From Phenylobacterium sp. (GTDB taxonomy: Bacteria > Pseudomonadota > Alphaproteobacteria > Caulobacterales > Caulobacteraceae): 52,521 bases of DNA. Under the pieces are notes generated by a model, which was not told the DNA's origin, searched no databases, and saw only the letters and a program-made list of their open reading frames with translations. The stretch lies in NCBI RefSeq assembly GCF_044372605.1, contig NZ_JBILRO010000001.1, positions 1 through 52,521 of the forward strand, written 5' to 3'. This document shows positions 17,009-25,334 of the stretch, one piece after another (the stretch's first letter is position 1; each line of letters begins with the position of its first letter). Position numbers and translations under genes: made by a program.

Positions 17009-19162
17009 TCAGAAACGGCCTGACACCTGGAACCCCATGGTCCGAAGGCCCTCCGGCCCGCCCAGCGCTTTGCGAATCTCCAGCCGCTCGGTGATTCCGC
17101 CAGCACGGCTGCCAAGATAGAATTCCCGGGTTCGCGTCTCCGGGGGCGCCAGGAGATTGTTGACGAACAGCCGGGCCGTCACCGGTCGGATCGCCGTGGT
17201 CTCGATGAAGAGGTCGAGTTTTGGGAGGGGGCGTTCATAGGAGATGACCTCGATCCGCCGGTACTCGTTGCGGTCCGCCCAATCGATGACCGAGGCGCCC
17301 CACGAGAGCTGCCAGGACGGCATGCTCTGGCGGAAGGTGAGCACATAGGCCCAGTCCTTGTTGCCGAGGTTGAGTGTCGGGCTGCCGGACGTGGCGCCCT
17401 GGCGTTCCAGCGGGACGGAGAACGACCGCTTCTCACCGGTGATCGGATCGGTCACCTGCGTGCGTTGCCACACGCCGTTGAACCGGAGCTCGGCGTTCGG
17501 AAGACCGATGAAGGCCAATGGCGTGGCGGCGCGCGCCTCCAGGCCCAGGCGGCTGCCGCGGCCGATGTTGCCGAAGGCGTCGGCGCCAGCGATCTCGACC
17601 AGGTCGCGAACATCGTCCACCCGATCAGCGAAGGCTGCGATCGTCAGGGCGGTGCGGGGCGCGAGGCGGGTTTCCCACTCCAGTCGCGCCTTCCAGGCCT
17701 TCTCAGGAACCAGTTCGGGGTTTCCCTGGGTCGCGGCGGCGTTGACGAAATCGACGGTGCTGGAGAACTCCGCGAAATCAAGCTGGGCGACGTCGCGGAT
17801 CAGGCTGGCGCGCAGCGTGCCGGCCGGCCCCATGGTCCAGGTCGCGGTGGCGCGTGGCTTCACAAATCGAAAGCTGCGCTCCTTCTGCTGATCGCCGGTC
17901 TGGGTGATCCGCGAGGCCTCGACGCTGAGGCCGTACTCCAGGGTCAGCGCCGGCGAGACCGTCCAGATGTCCGTGGCGAAGACCTCGCCCCGGGTCTCCT
18001 CGACGCGCGCGTCAGACACCGCAAGCGGCACCTTGACCACTGGCCCGCCGCCGATCTGGTTGGTGATGTTGAAGGTTGTGTCGCGATAGTTGAACGCCCC
18101 CTCGCCGCCGAACTCGAGCGTGTGCGCAGGGTTCACGGTCCACTTGAGACGACCGCGCGCGATGCGCTCCCCGTTCCGGGTGGTCCGATCCTGGGTGCGC
18201 GTGACGAAGGTGGCGGGAAAATTCTGGATGTTGAACACGTCGTTCTGATCGACGCTCCCGTTGGAGACCAGCGTCACCAGCTTGGCCGAAAGACCGCCGC
18301 CGAGCTGGCGCTCCCAGTCCGCGCCAAGCTCTCCGGTATAGTTGGCCTCGAAATCGGAACGGCCAATCAGGAGGCTGCGCGGGGCGCCGGTTCCCGTCAC
18401 CTCGGACTGGATGGTGTCCAGGTGGTTCCAGGTGGGTGCGAACTGGATATTGGCGTTCACCGTGTCCATTGACGTCGGACGCCAACGCAGGGTCGCCGAT
18501 CCCTGGGCGCCGATGTACTGCGGCTTGCCAAGCAGCCGTCGCGCGCCCGTTTGCACGCCGCTGGCGGTGACCAGCCTGTCGCGGCTGTCGCCTCGCCCCA
18601 GCAGGTTTGGGAACTGAACGTCGAGGCCGAGTTCCGCCTGCGGCGAGAGTTGTACGGCCCTGGACGCCTGCACAAGCCAGCCCACACGGTTGGAGTATTG
18701 CAAATGCCGCAGACCAAGCGACCAGGTCGTCCCGTCGCCCTTCGCCGCGGTTTGCGCCACCACGACATTGACAAGCTGCGACTGGCCACGCACGTCGAGG
18801 CCGGCGTTCGCGCCGGAGAGCAGCTCGATCCGCGTCACGTTACTGGCCGGGATCCGCTTCAGAAGTTCTGACGCGGCGGTCTTGGAACTGGGACGCTCGC
18901 CGTTGATCAGCAGATTGCCGGCGGAGGCAAAGCCGCGCCGCTCGTCGCCGTCCTTGAGCTCGAAGCCCGGCACGCGGGCGACCATGTCACTGGCGTTCAC
19001 CGGGTTGTAGGGTGCAAAGAAGGCCGCCGGATAGACCGTCTGGCCGTCGGAAACGGGCGCAGGCTGCGGCGGCTGGGCCATGGCTGGGCCCGCCAGCGCA
19101 GCCAGGACGAGCGCCGAAGCCGCCCATCGCCTGGCTTGTCCTCGAGTGACTTCAACACGCAT
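17009..19162 (-). CDS. TonB-dependent outer-membrane receptor
   Basis: Signal peptide (AGPAMA|Q), plug region (DMVARVPGF, LINGER, RIELLSG), GNPELVPE, amphipathic beta strands, C-terminal Phe (QVSGRF). Confidence 0.88.
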   Translation of the reverse strand: MRVEVTRGQARRWAASALVLAALAGPAMAQPPQPAPVSDGQTVYPAAFFAPYNPVNASDMVARVPGFELKDGDERRGFASAGNLLINGERPSSKTAASELLKRIPASNVTRIELLSGANAGLDVRGQSQLVNVVVAQTAAKGDGTTWSLGLRHLQYSNRVGWLVQASRAVQLSPQAELGLDVQFPNLLGRGDSRDRLVTASGVQTGARRLLGKPQYIGAQGSATLRWRPTSMDTVNANIQFAPTWNHLDTIQSEVTGTGAPRSLLIGRSDFEANYTGELGADWERQLGGGLSAKLVTLVSNGSVDQNDVFNIQNFPATFVTRTQDRTTRNGERIARGRLKWTVNPAHTLEFGGEGAFNYRDTTFNITNQIGGGPVVKVPLAVSDARVEETRGEVFATDIWTVSPALTLEYGLSVEASRITQTGDQQKERSFRFVKPRATATWTMGPAGTLRASLIRDVAQLDFAEFSSTVDFVNAAATQGNPELVPEKAWKARLEWETRLAPRTALTIAAFADRVDDVRDLVEIAGADAFGNIGRGSRLGLEARAATPLAFIGLPNAELRFNGVWQRTQVTDPITGEKRSFSVPLERQGATSGSPTLNLGNKDWAYVLTFRQSMPSWQLSWGASVIDWADRNEYRRIEVISYERPLPKLDLFIETTAIRPVTARLFVNNLLAPPETRTREFYLGSRAGGITERLEIRKALGGPEGLRTMGFQVSGRF

Positions 19163-19263
19163 GGTTACGGCCAGGACCACTACACAGTTCATTTTGTGGA
19201 CGGACCTTGGACAGCGCCGCCGTCCAGGTCAATCGGCGAGACCACGGATGTCTCCGCAAGCGA

Positions 19264-20682
19264 CTATCCGCGCGTCAGATGCTCCATCCAGGCGTAGAGG
19301 ACGCTCTCGCGCCGCTGGCTGGTCTGGATATCGGTCATCAGACTGGAGAGGCGGCCCTTGCCATTGTCGCGGGCGGCGATGACCTGCTGGTTATAGGCGC
19401 GAATGTTGGTGGGGCCGGCCGGGGCAGGCGGGGGTGGTGGGGCCTTCGCCGTCGCAGCGGTGCGGGCGCCCTTGCCCTTGGCGGCAGTCTGGACGGGCGC
19501 GGGCGCGGAGCCGGGCGGCCCGAGATCGGCGGCGCGGACGTAGCCGGGCTGGCCGGCCACGTCGATCTCCCACCAGCCGCCATCAGCCTGGGCGGTGGTG
19601 GGCTTCACCTCGCGACCCACGGGCAGGTTCATCAGGGACGGCGCGGAGGCCACCGGCGCAGTCCGCACCACTGTGGCGCGGATCGCCACCATGGCCGGCG
19701 CCGGGACGGCCGGGGCCTGCGCCGCAGCCTGATCACCCTCCGACGGCGCGGCCGAGGCCTTGGGCATCGACAGTCGCGTGACGCCAGGCGCCGCGGCATA
19801 GGCCGGCGCCTGACCGCCCAGCACATCGGCCTCCGACGCGCCATCCGTCATAGCGCGGCCCTGGGTGAAGGTCTTGGCCATGGTGGTGTGCTGGTCGACT
19901 ACCTCTCCGGTGAGGTCCACATCCTTCTTGAGCGCGCCCATCAGTTCGGTGCGTTCACGGCGGACCGCGCGGCGATCCTTGTCGTTGCTGGCGCTGGCCA
20001 GGCGTGTGTTGATGTCAGCAGCCTGCTGGGTGCGGCAATCCACAAGCGCCTGACCGTCATCGGCGATCTGGCGCGCCACGGTGAGCTGTCTGGCCGCGTC
20101 CTGATCGATGTTGAACGAGGCCTTGCGCAGGTCGCCGCCGGCTTCCTGTTCCTTCAGCTGGGCATAGGCTTCGGCCGTGGCGACGATCGCCACCAGCACG
20201 GCCAGGGCCGCATAGCCCCCCATGTCGCCGCCGCCGCTGAGTCCTGGAACATTCAGGCCCATGGCGCTGGACAGGAGATCGGGGCCAAATACCGAGGCCG
20301 GCGTCGCGCCTGAAGCGGTGTTGGCCTGCTGGGCCTGTTGCTGGGCCGCCAGGCTGCCGACCGCGCCCATAACACCGCCAAGGCCGCCCAGCGCGCCGCC
20401 GAATCCTCCGCTGCGACGCCCGAGGCCGCCACTCATCACGCCTTTGGCCAGTACAGCCGCGCCCTGCTTCAGGCCCTCACCGAGAGCAGCGCTGGTCTTG
20501 GAGCGCTTGAGTTCGTCGTACTCGCGGTCCAGCTTGATCAGGCCTTCGCGCTGGGTCGAGCAGGCGTTGAGCACGGCGTCCCGACCCTGGCTCTGGGCCA
20601 TGACCGGGTTTAGGTTCAGGCTGAACAGCACAGCGGCGCTGACCGCAAGACGCAAACGCCGGTCCTTCAGATAGCCGCCCAT
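19264..20682 (-). CDS. Secreted hypothetical protein: Gly-zipper/hydrophobic segments, helical region, C-terminal SH3b-like domain
   Basis: Signal peptide (PVMA|Q), GGFGGALGGLGGVMG, YAALAVLVAIVATA, and SH3b-like VRTAP...GWWEI...GYVRAADL. SD GGAGG; 16 nt from the upstream stop. Confidence 0.75.
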   Translation of the reverse strand: MGGYLKDRRLRLAVSAAVLFSLNLNPVMAQSQGRDAVLNACSTQREGLIKLDREYDELKRSKTSAALGEGLKQGAAVLAKGVMSGGLGRRSGGFGGALGGLGGVMGAVGSLAAQQQAQQANTASGATPASVFGPDLLSSAMGLNVPGLSGGGDMGGYAALAVLVAIVATAEAYAQLKEQEAGGDLRKASFNIDQDAARQLTVARQIADDGQALVDCRTQQAADINTRLASASNDKDRRAVRRERTELMGALKKDVDLTGEVVDQHTTMAKTFTQGRAMTDGASEADVLGGQAPAYAAAPGVTRLSMPKASAAPSEGDQAAAQAPAVPAPAMVAIRATVVRTAPVASAPSLMNLPVGREVKPTTAQADGGWWEIDVAGQPGYVRAADLGPPGSAPAPVQTAAKGKGARTAATAKAPPPPPAPAGPTNIRAYNQQVIAARDNGKGRLSSLMTDIQTSQRRESVLYAWMEHLTRG

Positions 20683-20698
20683 GCCCTCAGCCTCCCGG

Positions 20699-22744
20699 TC
20701 ACCGCACGCCGAGGCGCTGCAATTCATCTCGCGCGCCTGTGTCGCCAGCCGCAAGGGCCTTGCGATAGAAATCGACAGCTTTCGCCCGGTCCGCGCGGAC
20801 ACCCTGGCCGGTCTCGTACATGAGCCCCAGGTTGCGCAACGCCAGCGCGCTGCCCTTGTTCGCCGCCTGCTGGAAGAGGCGCACCGCCTCAGCAGGGTTG
20901 GCGCGTACGCCGGCGCCGCGCGCAGTCAGGCTGCCGAGACCCAGATAGCCCCGGGCGTCGCCCAGATCAGCAGCGGCGCGGTAGTATTCCGCCGCCCGCT
21001 GCTCATCCTGCGGCAGGCCCGCCCCGCTCTCGAACATCACCGCCAGGCTGGACATGCCCTCGCTGTTGCCGGCCTCGGCGGCGCGTTGATACCAGGTGGC
21101 GGCCTGGATCTCATCCTTCGGCACAGCCTCGCCGTCTTCGTAGGCATAGCCCAGGTGGACCATGGCCTCGGTGTCGCCGGCGGTGGCGGCGCGCTGGTAG
21201 AGGCTGAACGCACGATGCCCGTCGCGGGCGACGCCATCGCCCCGGTCATAGGCGTCGGCCAGCTGGGCGATCGAGGGACCGTCGCCGGCGTCCACCGCTC
21301 GCTGCAGCCAGCTTGCGCCCTGTCTCGGGTCCGCCGCGACGCCCCGGCCTCGGTAAAAGGCTTCGGCCAGCAAGCCCATGGCGTTCGCAGAGCCACGGTT
21401 GGCGGCATCCTGAATGAACCTGAACCCGGAGGCCTCGTCCTTCGCCGTTCCGAAGCCGTTCAGCAGGCAAAGGCCCCAGTTGACCATTCCTCCCGAGTGA
21501 CCCGCGCCCGCCGAGGCCCTGAACCAGCGGGCGGCGGCAGTGATATCCTTGGTCGCGCCCTTGCCGGACAGCGACATGACGCCAAGGTTGTACATGGCCG
21601 CGCCATTGCCAGCGCTGGCCGCGGCAGACCAGTCGCGGGAGGCGGCCGCATAGTCGCCCCGCCCGAATGCATCACGGGCGCTGACCACCAGATCCTGGCC
21701 CGGCTGGGCGGACCGCGAAGCCACCTGGAAAGATCCGGCCGGCAGCTTCTCCAGCGCGCGGATGCGATTGGAGGCCAGCTTGCGGAACGCGCCGGAAATT
21801 TCGCCACGATCCTGGGCGTCCATATAGGCCTTGAAGTCGGCGGGATCGTCGGAGTCCTTGATCGAGGTCCAGAAGACCTGGTCCTTTTCCCACTTGATCT
21901 TGACGGGATCAGCCCCGGCCGCCGCAACCCGTTTTGGCGGGCCGTTGGGGTCGAAACTCCAGTGCACATTGGGCCAGATGCCTTGCAGGTCCGGGGTCTG
22001 TTCGCCCTCGGTCATCCGCTCGACCTCCGCCTGCACATAACTGGGGAGCTCACCAACAGTGATGCCGGGGCGGGTAAGGCCCTGGGTCAGGGCGATGGCG
22101 AAGGGGCTGTTGGCGGCGCCGGCCGCGCCGTCCTGAGCTACCTGTCCGGGGCCGGCCGCCATAAGGGTGACCACCGCCACGCTGGTAGGACCGGTCTCCC
22201 GGGTCAGCCCACGGCTGTTCCCGCCCAGGCTGCGGGTGGCGGTGGGATTGTTCCGGCAGGCGTCCAGAATGATCAGGCGGACGGCCTTGGCGCCCATCAT
22301 CGACTGGCCGAGGCGGGCCGACTCTACCGCCGTCCCGGTCAAAGACGACTTGTTGGTGATGATTGCGTCCCTGGGCAGCAGATAGTTCACCCCATCGACC
22401 ATGGCGCCGTGCCCGGCGTAATAGAGCACCGCCGCTTCAGAGCCCTTCGCCGACTCCTCGAACTCACCAAGCCCCTCGATCAGGGCGGCGCGGCTGGGGT
22501 CGGTCAGCACCTTCACGGTGAACCCCAGCTTTTGCAGGGTGGCCTGAACCAGCCTGGCGTCCTTGCCCGGGTTGTTGAGACTGGGGACCTTGTCGTACTT
22601 CGATACGCCCACCACCAGAGCGACACGCTGGGCGGCCCAGGCACCGGACGCAAGACCCAGGCTGACGACAAACGCGAGCCCGGCCATCGCGGCGCGCCAC
22701 GCCCTGGCTCCAAGATTCAGGCGCTTTCGCTGCGCCATGCGCAT
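20699..22744 (-). CDS. Secreted caspase-like (peptidase C14) protease with 8 SEL1-like repeats
   Basis: Signal peptide; RVALVVG..Y, YYAGHG (catalytic His), ILDACRNNP (catalytic Cys), NSPF; eight ~36-aa LG..Y..G.G..D...A..W...AA..G repeats. Confidence 0.9.
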   Translation of the reverse strand: MRMAQRKRLNLGARAWRAAMAGLAFVVSLGLASGAWAAQRVALVVGVSKYDKVPSLNNPGKDARLVQATLQKLGFTVKVLTDPSRAALIEGLGEFEESAKGSEAAVLYYAGHGAMVDGVNYLLPRDAIITNKSSLTGTAVESARLGQSMMGAKAVRLIILDACRNNPTATRSLGGNSRGLTRETGPTSVAVVTLMAAGPGQVAQDGAAGAANSPFAIALTQGLTRPGITVGELPSYVQAEVERMTEGEQTPDLQGIWPNVHWSFDPNGPPKRVAAAGADPVKIKWEKDQVFWTSIKDSDDPADFKAYMDAQDRGEISGAFRKLASNRIRALEKLPAGSFQVASRSAQPGQDLVVSARDAFGRGDYAAASRDWSAAASAGNGAAMYNLGVMSLSGKGATKDITAAARWFRASAGAGHSGGMVNWGLCLLNGFGTAKDEASGFRFIQDAANRGSANAMGLLAEAFYRGRGVAADPRQGASWLQRAVDAGDGPSIAQLADAYDRGDGVARDGHRAFSLYQRAATAGDTEAMVHLGYAYEDGEAVPKDEIQAATWYQRAAEAGNSEGMSSLAVMFESGAGLPQDEQRAAEYYRAAADLGDARGYLGLGSLTARGAGVRANPAEAVRLFQQAANKGSALALRNLGLMYETGQGVRADRAKAVDFYRKALAAGDTGARDELQRLGVR

Positions 22745-22861
22745 CCGCTCACCCTCCAGACCGTACCCACCATAGCGCAATGGGCGACAAACGCGACGGC
22801 TTCGCGAATGCAGTGGTCAGTCCCTATTCGTGGCGGACAATAGCCTGGACGCAAGCGCGCC

Positions 22862-23437
22862 TTATTTTGTCTCTGGATATTTGATCCGGGGACGCAGGTT
22901 TTCGGTCACGGCACGGGCGTCAAACGCGCTGGCGTCGCCCTCCGGCTTGACGCCCTTCTGCATCAGGATTTCGGCGGAGGCCTCGTATTTCTCGATGGTC
23001 CGCACATCGACCCGGTCACCCAGGAAGGCGCCACCCCAGAACGGGTCCCAGCCGCGCCAGCCGAAAGCGCCGCCATAGTAACGCCAGGACGGTCTCCAAA
23101 GGCCGTAGCTGCCGTACCAGGGTCGGTAGAAGGGATCCGGGTCCACATAGGTTCGGGTCTTCTTGTCGGTCTCGCGCTCGACTATGGTGAACCAGTCATA
23201 GCCGTTCTGGGTGGTCAGCTCGGCGGCCCGGAACAACAGGTAGCCCTCGACCGTTTCGCGGCTGGTCAGCGAATTGCCGTTGAAGCTGACGCGGAAGCGA
23301 TTGGCTTCGACCCGCTGCTCCGAGAAGCCGCCCAGCGACGCCTTGCCCAGCACTACGGGTTGATAGGGCGTTGGAGTTGCGCAGGCCGCGAGGCTGGTCG
23401 CCAGCACCACCGACAGGGCGAGGGATCGTACAAACAT
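22862..23437 (-). CDS. Conserved lipoprotein (CC0125/CC1285-like)
   Basis: Lipobox LAAC, ATPTPYQP, FRVSF.GNSLTSRETVE.YLL.RAAELT..GYDWF. Confidence 0.8.
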   Translation of the reverse strand: MFVRSLALSVVLATSLAACATPTPYQPVVLGKASLGGFSEQRVEANRFRVSFNGNSLTSRETVEGYLLFRAAELTTQNGYDWFTIVERETDKKTRTYVDPDPFYRPWYGSYGLWRPSWRYYGGAFGWRGWDPFWGGAFLGDRVDVRTIEKYEASAEILMQKGVKPEGDASAFDARAVTENLRPRIKYPETK

Positions 23438-23517
23438 TCTTTGCGCCTTCAGCTCAACCGCGATCATGACGGGGTGTACAAGCCACAACATCTTGCCGCA
23501 AATGTGGTTGCGTGTCG

Positions 23518-23925
23518 TCAGACACTGGCGCCGGTCGCCAGCAGATAGATGATCCGTCCCAGCGACCCGAACAGGAGCACCGCCACGGCCAGGGCCTGGA
23601 TCAGGAACCCGGTGCTGCGCTTGCCCGCATCGGCCACATAGCCCCGCTGATAGATCACGCGTCCCACGATCCAGACAACACCGACGGCCGCGGCAATACG
23701 TTCGTCCCAGAACATGGCGAACAGCCACAGCGGGACGAGGAACAACGGTAGCCATTCCAGGGTGTTGTAGTGCGCGCGGATGGTGCGCTCGAGCTCGGGG
23801 TCACCGGTCATCGCCGGCGCCTGAATCCCGCTCTTGCCGCGGGCGCGACCCACCTGCAGGCCCATCCAGAAATAGGCCAGCAACGCCAGCAGGGTGACGA
23901 GGGCGACATAGGCATAGGGCGGCAT
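23518..23925 (-). CDS. MAPEG family membrane protein
   Basis: VGRAR...APA, ER..RAH.NTLE, GRVIY..GY, four hydrophobic helices. Confidence 0.88.
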   Translation of the reverse strand: MPPYAYVALVTLLALLAYFWMGLQVGRARGKSGIQAPAMTGDPELERTIRAHYNTLEWLPLFLVPLWLFAMFWDERIAAAVGVVWIVGRVIYQRGYVADAGKRSTGFLIQALAVAVLLFGSLGRIIYLLATGASV

Positions 23926-24002
23926 TAAGGAGTCCTCCAGATATTGGCGGACAGGCGCCGCCATTGCTGCAGAGCTTGGCGCCGAACGGGCCCGAGGGGA
24001 AC

Positions 24003-25235
24003 CTACCCTTTTGCGCGCCGGTCGCGGTTGGCTTTCACCCGCAACCGCAGCGCGTTGAGCTTGATGAAGCCCGCCGCGTCGCGGTGGTCATAGGCCACGG
24101 CGCCCTCCTCGAAGGTCACCAGCTCCTGATCATAGAGCGAATAGGGACTTGTACGGCCCACGACGCTGACATTGCCCTTGTAGAGCTTCACCCGGACCTG
24201 GCCGGTGACCATCTGCTGGCTATGATCGATAGCCGCCTGCAGCATCTCACGCTCGGGCGAGAACCAGAAGCCGTTGTAGACCAGCGAGGCGTACTTCGGC
24301 ATCAGCTCGTCCTTCAGATGCATGGAGCCGCGATCGAGGGTGATGCTCTCGATGCCCCGGTGCGCCACGATCAGGATCGTTCCACCCGGCGTCTCGTAGA
24401 CGCCCCGCGACTTCATGCCGACGAAGCGGTTTTCGACCAGATCGAGGCGGCCCACGCCGTTGTCGTGGCCCAGCTGGTTCAGCTTGGTCAGAATGGTCGC
24501 CGGCGACATCGCCACGCCGTCGATGGCGACCGCATCGCCCTTTTCAAAGTCGATGGTGAAGTAGGTCGGCGTATCGGGCGCGTCCTCCGGGGCGATGGTG
24601 CGCATGTGGACAAACTCGGGCGCCTCGACCGCCGGATCTTCCAGCACCTTACCTTCGGACGAGGAGTGCAGCAGGTTGGCGTCAACGCTGAAAGGCGCCT
24701 CGCCCCGCTTGTCCTTGGTGATCGGGATCTGATGCTGCTCGGCGAACGCCAGCAGGGCCTCGCGGCTCTTGAAGTCCCAGTCACGCCAGGGCGCGATCAC
24801 ATGGATGTCCGGCTCCAGCGCATAGTAGGCCAGCTCGAAGCGCACCTGATCATTGCCCTTGCCGGTAGCGCCGTGGGCCACGGCATCCGCGCCGATCTTG
24901 CGGGCGATCTCGATCTGCTTCTTCGCGATCAGCGGGCGAGCGATGGAGGTGCCCAGGAGGTATTGGCCCTCATAGACCGTATTGGCCCGGAACATCGGGA
25001 AGACGTAGTCGCGGACAAACTCCTCGCGCACGTCCTCGACAAAGGCATACTCCGGCTTCACGCCCAGAAGGATCGCCTTCTCCCGCGCGGGCTCGACCTC
25101 CTCGCCCTGCCCCAGATCGGCGGTGAAGGTCGCAACCTCTGCGCCCAGTTCGGTCTGCAGCCACTTGACGATGGTGGAGCTGTCGAGCCCGCCGGAATAG
25201 GCGAGGACGACCTTCTTGACGGGCGGATGGGCCAT
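24003..25235 (-). CDS. argG: Argininosuccinate synthase
   Basis: [46 protein letters not shown]. Confidence 0.98.
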   Translation of the reverse strand: MAHPPVKKVVLAYSGGLDSSTIVKWLQTELGAEVATFTADLGQGEEVEPAREKAILLGVKPEYAFVEDVREEFVRDYVFPMFRANTVYEGQYLLGTSIARPLIAKKQIEIARKIGADAVAHGATGKGNDQVRFELAYYALEPDIHVIAPWRDWDFKSREALLAFAEQHQIPITKDKRGEAPFSVDANLLHSSSEGKVLEDPAVEAPEFVHMRTIAPEDAPDTPTYFTIDFEKGDAVAIDGVAMSPATILTKLNQLGHDNGVGRLDLVENRFVGMKSRGVYETPGGTILIVAHRGIESITLDRGSMHLKDELMPKYASLVYNGFWFSPEREMLQAAIDHSQQMVTGQVRVKLYKGNVSVVGRTSPYSLYDQELVTFEEGAVAYDHRDAAGFIKLNALRLRVKANRDRRAKG

Positions 25236-25334
25236 GGTGGTGGAGCGCCTTGGTAGAGAGGAAAATTGGTCACGCGCCTTTAAGGGGCAAAGCCCCTGTG
25301 GTTCAAGTGTTCCGTCCCCCGGGGGGTGTGGAGC

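Noticed and set aside
16443-17023. ORFs overlapping the tRNA (MERAKRFELSTPTLAR, MVEHNLAKVG, MPRLGSRVR)
   Set aside because: Typical tRNA-derived spurious ORFs.
20395-20420. RSGGFGG in the caspase partner resembling the DUF1190 RGGFGG tail
   Set aside because: Low-complexity Gly-rich match 23 kb away; no evidence for a link.
20720-21610. Periodic DNA similarity of about 108 bp
   Set aside because: Explained by SEL1 protein repeats; not a CRISPR array or DNA tandem repeat.
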